DNA of 64,000 nucleotides from a virus: IMG/VR virus record IMGVR_UViG_3300008952_000006, positions 1 to 64,000 of that record; one strand, 5' to 3'. Shown piece by piece: positions 58,389 to 64,000 of this stretch (position 1 is its first letter; each line of letters starts with the position of its first letter). The notes under the pieces were generated by a model. It saw only the letters and a program-made list of their open reading frames with translations, ran no database searches and was not told where the DNA came from. The position numbers and the translations under genes were made by a program.

Positions 58389-59945
58389 TTGAAAAGTGTC
58401 GAAGAACTCGACCTTTTGATACGTGCAGCCTACCCGGTCATCTTTGTGGTTTCCTACGAAGAAGGCCGGGTAGAGTCTGCGCTGTCAGAAATAGTCGAAC
58501 GCCGTAACGCTAAGGGATCGAATGCCAAACTACATGTTTGGTCGATAACTGAGGGTTGTCGGTGTGGTGATACTGTTCTACAAGATCTCGATGGACCTTT
58601 GGACGTCCTGGAATATATCCAGGGATACAAAGAATCCGGGGTGTTCTTGCTAAGAGACTTCGCAAATTTTCTTAACACAGGCCCAGAGTACCTCATACAG
58701 CGCAAGCTGAGAGATGCTATTTCGGGGCTAGGGCCTGGGGTCAACATAGTAATCGTTGACTCTGAGCTAGAGATACCGCCAAGACTAGAGAAGCTCCTGT
58801 CAGTGATTGACTTCGATCTTCCCAGCCTAGACGAGCTTAGTGTAATCGCTGAGCAACTAATGTCAGACTGTAGCGCCACGGCCTCCCTGAAGGAAGAAGC
58901 GCGGTCTACCATGGTATCGGTCGGAGCCAATACCGCGCTAGGGCTTACCCTGGCCGAGGCTGAGAATGTCTTCGCTAAATCACTAGCTTATAACAGGACG
59001 CTGGACCCACACATTATCATTGATGAGAAGAAGAATATTATCCGAAAATCGGGTGTGCTTCAATTCTATGACGTGGACAGGGACATGAGTTCTGTAGGCG
59101 GTCTAGGAAACCTAAAACGATGGCTTAGCCAAAGGAGTAGCTCCTTTAGTGATGAAGCCAAAGAATACGGCCTACCTAATCCTCGAGGGGTGCTAATTGT
59201 GGGCATCCCAGGGACAGGGAAGAGCCTTGTTTCGAAATGTATTGGGAATGACTGGAACATGCCAGTCCTCCGCATGGATGTGGGGGCCTTGTTTGGCTCC
59301 CTGGTTGGACAATCAGAATCCAATATGCGGAAAGCCTTAAAGACAGCGGAAGCCTTGGCACCCTGCGTGCTATGGATTGACGAGCTTGAGAAAAGCCTAG
59401 GCAGCTCTTCGGGCGTCTCCGATAGTGGGACAACCGCCAGAGTGTTTGGTTCCTTCCTAAGCTGGATGCAAGAAAAGACATCCCCGGTATTCGTCGTTGC
59501 AACAGCAAACGATGTATCGGCACTTCCGCCTGAAATGTTGCGCAAAGGAAGATTCGATGAATTATTCTTCGTAGACCTCCCTAACGCAGTAGACCGCCTC
59601 GAAATCATCGCTATCCATTTGGATAGGCTTGGTAGAAGCTGTACCCGTGACCCAAAAGAGCTATCGTCTCTGGTGGAAGTCACAGAGGGTTTCTCTGGGG
59701 CGGAGTTAGAACAAATCATTATAGATGGGATGTATGCGGCGTTTCCAGAAAACAGGGAACCCACAATAGAAGACTATTTCCAAGCAGCTAGCAACACGGT
59801 TCCCTTGTCATCCACGATGGATGGTAAGATCAGTGACCTGAGAAAGTGGGCGGCTGGAAAGGCTATCCAGGCAAATGAGTCTGGTGACACAGCCAACACA
59901 ATGATCCCAGCTAAAGTTAAACCACGACGGAGAATCATGAATTGA
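58389..59945 (+). CDS. Ycf46-like AAA+ ATPase
   Basis: YEEGRV, degenerate first AAA (LLRDF), GIPGTGKS, LWIDELEK, ATAN, LRKGRFDE. Confidence 0.92.
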   Translation: MKSVEELDLLIRAAYPVIFVVSYEEGRVESALSEIVERRNAKGSNAKLHVWSITEGCRCGDTVLQDLDGPLDVLEYIQGYKESGVFLLRDFANFLNTGPEYLIQRKLRDAISGLGPGVNIVIVDSELEIPPRLEKLLSVIDFDLPSLDELSVIAEQLMSDCSATASLKEEARSTMVSVGANTALGLTLAEAENVFAKSLAYNRTLDPHIIIDEKKNIIRKSGVLQFYDVDRDMSSVGGLGNLKRWLSQRSSSFSDEAKEYGLPNPRGVLIVGIPGTGKSLVSKCIGNDWNMPVLRMDVGALFGSLVGQSESNMRKALKTAEALAPCVLWIDELEKSLGSSSGVSDSGTTARVFGSFLSWMQEKTSPVFVVATANDVSALPPEMLRKGRFDELFFVDLPNAVDRLEIIAIHLDRLGRSCTRDPKELSSLVEVTEGFSGAELEQIIIDGMYAAFPENREPTIEDYFQAASNTVPLSSTMDGKISDLRKWAAGKAIQANESGDTANTMIPAKVKPRRRIMN

Positions 59946-60805
59946 TTAAGTATCGCACTGGGGTATGCCAGTTAGACGAAGCGTTAGCAGGGGGCTTCCC
60001 CTGCGGCGTTTCTGAGATTGTTGGGGGTGACGCCTGCGGCAAAACCTCACTATGCCTTAGTGTGATGCGAGAAGCTTCTCTTGAAGATCTCCCGACAGTC
60101 CTTATCTACACCGAAGGCTTACCCGATAAAGTATATTTTAGTAAGGCGGGTCCAAGCGACTGTGTAGTCGTGACTCCGGGGTTTGGGGAGGCAGCTATTG
60201 AGGCTGGCTTCTCAGCCCTGGTTCACGGGGCGAAGGTTGTCATAATTGACAGCATTACAAACCTGGGGACCTTTACAGAAATGGATTATCCAATTGGGGC
60301 CCGAGAGCCCTATGGTCAGAAGAAGCTCGTTTTCCACGGCCTGAAGGTTCTCCGAGAGGAGGCCATAAAAAGAGAGGCATTAGTCCTCGTGACAAGTCAG
60401 CTAAGAACCCAAATCGGGGCATTAGTCCAAGTACCAGCATCCTCGTTCGAAGGTATTATCAATAATATTTGTAGCACCCGGATAAAAACACGCCGTGCCC
60501 AAGTGAGAACAGAGTACGGTGAGCTAGCCTATGCGAAAATAGAATTCTCTATCTTTCGATCCTTGTCTACCCCTCCGGGGAGCAAGGCATATGGTTTCAT
60601 TTTCAACCAACAGGGCTACAATAAGAACTTTGAATTACTAAGAGCATTGATAGCTAACGGGGTTTTCCGAAAAGCGGGAGCCTACTTTACAGACCCAGAA
60701 GGAAACAATCTTGGGCCTGGGTATCAGCAAGCTTTAGAACAAATAGGAAACAACTTTAACCACTACTGGGAGCTTTATTATGGAAGTCAAAGTAACAATC
60801 AATGA
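59942..60805 (+). CDS. divergent RecA/UvsX-like ATPase
   Basis: TG...LD.AL.GGFP.G..EI.G....GKTS, IIDS, SQLR, C-terminal KAGAYF. Confidence 0.8.
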   Translation: MIKYRTGVCQLDEALAGGFPCGVSEIVGGDACGKTSLCLSVMREASLEDLPTVLIYTEGLPDKVYFSKAGPSDCVVVTPGFGEAAIEAGFSALVHGAKVVIIDSITNLGTFTEMDYPIGAREPYGQKKLVFHGLKVLREEAIKREALVLVTSQLRTQIGALVQVPASSFEGIINNICSTRIKTRRAQVRTEYGELAYAKIEFSIFRSLSTPPGSKAYGFIFNQQGYNKNFELLRALIANGVFRKAGAYFTDPEGNNLGPGYQQALEQIGNNFNHYWELYYGSQSNNQ

Positions 60806-60965
60806 GGACGGGTCAACCGAAATAGAAGTTGACGGCGTCAAAGGCCAGGGATGTACCAAGTACACCGATGCTGTAATCAAGGCACTCGGTGGTACGGTAA
60901 CCTCTGATAAAAAGAAGCCGGAATTTTACGAGAAGGCAGATGAAAACGTAAAGGCGGGGTCATGA
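60780..60965 (+). CDS. DUF2997 family protein
   Basis: I..DG...IEVDGVKG.GC...T......LG......KPEFY. Confidence 0.85.
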   Translation: MEVKVTINEDGSTEIEVDGVKGQGCTKYTDAVIKALGGTVTSDKKKPEFYEKADENVKAGS

Positions 60966-61381
60966 CTGGCGCTAGAAAAAATAGTCTATTTGTATTAGAC
61001 GATGGCGAGACATATGCTGGCGAAGGTCATGAAATACGTGTAACAGACGAGGAGCTTGCGCGGATTGTAAACGGCGAGAAGATCTACGAAGTTATCCCAG
61101 ATTGGGATGACCCGAATCGGGATGTTCCAGAAGGCGTGCCTACCGAGGCTGCTTTGGAGCCGCGCAGCTCTTTCGAGTATGTCCTAAACAACGATCACGT
61201 AAACAATCGTGTTTGGATAACCGTAAACGAGCCAGATGGCTCAGGTAAAGCCGACATCGGTATCCTGATTAACCATGATGGTGTCTCTATAGATGTTTAC
61301 CCTTTTCAGGCTGACGAAGCCGTGCTCCAACCCTACGTTCTATGGGGGGATATTAGAGAGGCAGAGAAAGATGAAGATTAA
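60962..61381 (+). CDS. hypothetical protein
   Basis: 139-aa acidic ORF in the operon. Confidence 0.6.
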   Translation: MTGARKNSLFVLDDGETYAGEGHEIRVTDEELARIVNGEKIYEVIPDWDDPNRDVPEGVPTEAALEPRSSFEYVLNNDHVNNRVWITVNEPDGSGKADIGILINHDGVSIDVYPFQADEAVLQPYVLWGDIREAEKDED

Positions 61382-61979
61382 CGTCGCTGCGCTCGCGCAA
61401 GACAGTCTTGTGAATGGTCCTGGACGTCGTAATGTTTTACACGTCCAGGGGTGCTCTGTGGGCTGCCCTGGTTGCTTTAACAAACATACCTGGCCCAAGG
61501 CCGGGGGAACGGAGACAAGCGCTGAGGAGGTCGTCAGGCTGCTCCTGGAGTGGGAACCAGATGGTGTTACCATCTCTGGCGGAGAACCCATGGAGCAGTG
61601 GGAATCCTTGCGCCATATTCTAAAAGAAGTTCATAAAAGAAAGCCAGCAATAGATGTTATAATTTTTACAGGCTGGTCTAAAAACAGACTAAAAAAAGAA
61701 GGACGCCTAGAAGAAATGTCCAAGCCGTTCTACCAAAGTAAAACGCTTGTAAACATGGTTATCGCGGGGCCCTATGTTGAAGAACTTGCATGTGTGAAAC
61801 CACTAATTTCTTCGTCTAATCAAGAAATCATATACATAAACCCTGATTGTGAGAGGGTAGATTTATCTAAGCTCCCACGTGTAGCGGTAGACTGTGGCCC
61901 AAGTGGTTTCGTTATTACAGGTCTCCCAGACAAGGAAACACTAGAAGCGCTAACCAGCCCTGAGGGAGGTGAACGATGA
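61371..61979 (+). CDS. radical SAM protein (NrdG-like 4Fe-4S single-cluster type)
   Basis: VNGPG.R..L.VQGCSVGCPGCFN, GVTISGGEPMEQ, FTG, SSNQ. Confidence 0.88.
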   Translation: MKINVAALAQDSLVNGPGRRNVLHVQGCSVGCPGCFNKHTWPKAGGTETSAEEVVRLLLEWEPDGVTISGGEPMEQWESLRHILKEVHKRKPAIDVIIFTGWSKNRLKKEGRLEEMSKPFYQSKTLVNMVIAGPYVEELACVKPLISSSNQEIIYINPDCERVDLSKLPRVAVDCGPSGFVITGLPDKETLEALTSPEGGER

Positions 61980-62240
61980 GTAAACACGAGGAAGCGATGA
62001 TGGATGGTGATGCGCGTTTAATAGCAGCGGCCCCCGATATGCTCGCCGCCCTGAAGGCGCTAGACACTGTATGCATGGATGGTTTGGTTTCCGTATGCCC
62101 ACGTACAGGGCTTAGAAAGGAGCTTCACCTCCGAGAGATAATAGATGCAGCTATCAATAAAGCGGAAGGTGAGTGCGAACATGGTCATCCCCCTCAGAAT
62201 TGTATTCTGTGTGAGGATGAACAAGAAAGGGAGGTGAGTA

Positions 62241-62654
62241 ATGTCAGCGTTAATAACGTGTGAAACGTGTATGAAAGACCAAAATGCCGTAGTAACCGCC
62301 CTGAAAAAATTGGGCATACCAGAAGAGTTAATCTTAATAGCCGAACCTGGGGAGCTTTTACAGCTCTCCGGGTATAGTCGCCAAAGCGCCCAAGTAGAGA
62401 TCTTAATAAAGAAGTCTTACTACGGTGGCTACGGTGACGTTGGGTTTGCTAAAGACAATAAGGGCAACTACAAAATATACGTAGATGACCTAGACGATGG
62501 TGGAGCCCTTGGGGCAAAAGTCGGGGGTAAATTCTCGTCTGGTGTCAGTCAATGGTACGCTGCCTGTGTGGCGCAGAAGGCCCTCAAAAAGCAGGGGCTC
62601 GTGACTAAAGTTAAGAAAAAGGGTAATAAGATTGTAGTTACTGCATCGGGGTAG
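62241..62654 (+). CDS. DUF1257/Ycf35 family protein
   Basis: MS......T...D......AL..LG...DVGF......Y....D...Q.YA......G. Confidence 0.75.
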   Translation: MSALITCETCMKDQNAVVTALKKLGIPEELILIAEPGELLQLSGYSRQSAQVEILIKKSYYGGYGDVGFAKDNKGNYKIYVDDLDDGGALGAKVGGKFSSGVSQWYAACVAQKALKKQGLVTKVKKKGNKIVVTASG

Positions 62655-62719
62655 CCACTGTGCAGTAGCAACATTGTGTGGGCGCTAACGCGCCCCCACT
62701 TTTTATCTAGGAGGTAAGC

Positions 62720-63097
62720 ATGTTTTGGTTAGGTTTATGGGAGAGTATAAAGTCGGGGTCGAAGAAAGCCTGGGCAGCAATTAAAAAGCTGCCCCATTGG
62801 GCAATGATAGCGTTCTTTGTGTTGATCGCTTTGGTCTGGTGGATCTTTCAGCAGTACGTCGGCATCAAAAGAAAAGCCGCTGTAAGAACACAGCAGCTAG
62901 AGATCGAAAAGGAATACGCAAGAAAGGTCGCAGAGATCGAAGGGAATAACAAAGTCGAAGAAGAACGGCTTAGGAACGAATTCGAAGAAGGCAAGAAGAA
63001 GCTAGACGCCGTTAGCCTAGAGATTGACGAAGCAGCCAAGATGGGGCCTGTGGGTATCGCTAACGCTTGGGCGGACTTCCTTGGAGGGAACAAATGA
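62720..63097 (+). CDS. TM plus coiled-coil protein (inner-spanin-like)
   Basis: One TM followed by a long heptad region. Confidence 0.45.
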   Translation: MFWLGLWESIKSGSKKAWAAIKKLPHWAMIAFFVLIALVWWIFQQYVGIKRKAAVRTQQLEIEKEYARKVAEIEGNNKVEEERLRNEFEEGKKKLDAVSLEIDEAAKMGPVGIANAWADFLGGNK

Positions 63098-63516
63098 GAC
63101 ACGCTCTTATTACATATCTATCAGTGGGGTTAATAATCCTAACTACCCCCGCAATCGCTTCTGCGGAGCCTACAGACTGTATAGTGCCCCAAGCGATTAC
63201 TACCCCCTGTTCAGGAGTTCTGCTCCCCACAGACGCCGCTGAGGCTGGTTTACGTTGCTTAAGAGTGGACGTCCCCCGACTAACCCTAGAACTCGAGTAC
63301 CAGAAGAACCTATTTGAGTCCCAAAAGAATTATTACACGCTTATATTGAGCGCAGAGCAAAAGAGATCAGCGGGCTTATCTGCACAGATAGACGTGCTAA
63401 TAGCTAAGCCGTTACCAAAGAAGTCTGCGTTTGATAGTCCAGCGTTCTGGACTGTTTTGGGGATGTTTGTTGGCGCGGGTGCAGCTATAGGGATCGCCCA
63501 TTCGCTGCCCCGGTAG
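63094..63516 (+). CDS. signal-peptide, coiled-coil, C-terminal TM protein
   Basis: AIA-S cleavage site; three Cys; C-terminal FWTVLGMFVGAGAAIGI. Confidence 0.5.
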   Translation: MRHALITYLSVGLIILTTPAIASAEPTDCIVPQAITTPCSGVLLPTDAAEAGLRCLRVDVPRLTLELEYQKNLFESQKNYYTLILSAEQKRSAGLSAQIDVLIAKPLPKKSAFDSPAFWTVLGMFVGAGAAIGIAHSLPR

Positions 63517-63518
63517 CG

Positions 63519-63977
63519 CTATTGCTGCATCTTGCGAGCTATGGAGATAAGCTTATCCGAAACACTGCCCGGATAGAAATCCGGCTTGCCGCTTAGTCTG
63601 CGTATCTCACGAGCCGTTCTTCTTGGGACAGATATAGCGCCCTCGTTTCGCATAATGTCGTAAGCGCCTTTCCCGTACATTTTCTCTATAGGCTTTCGCC
63701 ATTTTTCAGGAAACTTGGTTGGTGGAAGGAAGAAGCCCCCAAGAGGGTGGCCGCCCTTCTTAGGCTGAAGATTCCTTAGGTCTTGCTTCATTAGCTTTCT
63801 TAACGCCCTCTCACCTAGCCTCCCAAGAAGAGGTGTGTCAGCCAGACCTCTGGTAAGCTTACGATGCGCATATTGCATAGGGATTCCCGACGCCAGACCT
63901 GTAGCTCCACGCGACGAGAAGGTAAGACCGAGCGTGTCCATCAATGGGCTCTGTGGACTCTGTCCCTTGGCCGCCAA
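63519..63977 (-). CDS. basic hypothetical protein (may extend beyond the window)
   Basis: K/R/G/P-rich composition like the late-gene family at the window start. Confidence 0.45.
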   Translation of the reverse strand: MAAKGQSPQSPLMDTLGLTFSSRGATGLASGIPMQYAHRKLTRGLADTPLLGRLGERALRKLMKQDLRNLQPKKGGHPLGGFFLPPTKFPEKWRKPIEKMYGKGAYDIMRNEGAISVPRRTAREIRRLSGKPDFYPGSVSDKLISIARKMQQ

Positions 63978-64000
63978 ATACGAACGATGTGACGCGGTTA

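Noticed and set aside
61371-61979. nrdG (class III RNR activase)
   Set aside because: No nrdD in the window; the RNR present is class II; the context is the AAA/DUF2997/DUF1257 module
63094-63516. Outer spanin
   Set aside because: No lipobox Cys at the signal cleavage site; has a C-terminal TM instead

Overview
A 64-kb segment of a large tailed dsDNA phage genome (jumbo-like; no rRNA, canonical tRNA, CRISPR array or transposase seen). A MopE-repeat/VWA lipoprotein hints at a Myxococcota-type host (inference). Minus-strand blocks carry late/structural genes: a tape-measure-like protein, a tail chaperone pair joined by a -1 frameshift, an amidase endolysin, and six basic proteins sharing an N-terminal 'MNALEKYAAKK' leader. 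Plus-strand blocks of small accessory genes are preceded by a recurrent GCAAAA-N14/15-GGNATAAG promoter motif. Notable content: (1) a complete Ubl-E2-JAB-E1 ubiquitin-like operon behind a ~375-nt structured RNA leader, followed by six 20-bp palindromes, a ParB-like protein and an AAA+/RecA/DUF2997/radical-SAM/DUF1257 module; (2) a Ro60/TROVE gene preceded by an array of Y-RNA-like stem-loops; (3) many other structured intergenic RNAs; (4) a class II ribonucleotide reductase, three metallophosphoesterases, an HD hydrolase and two ART-like proteins. All family calls come from motif recognition by eye and all RNA folds were paired by hand; no database searches were run.
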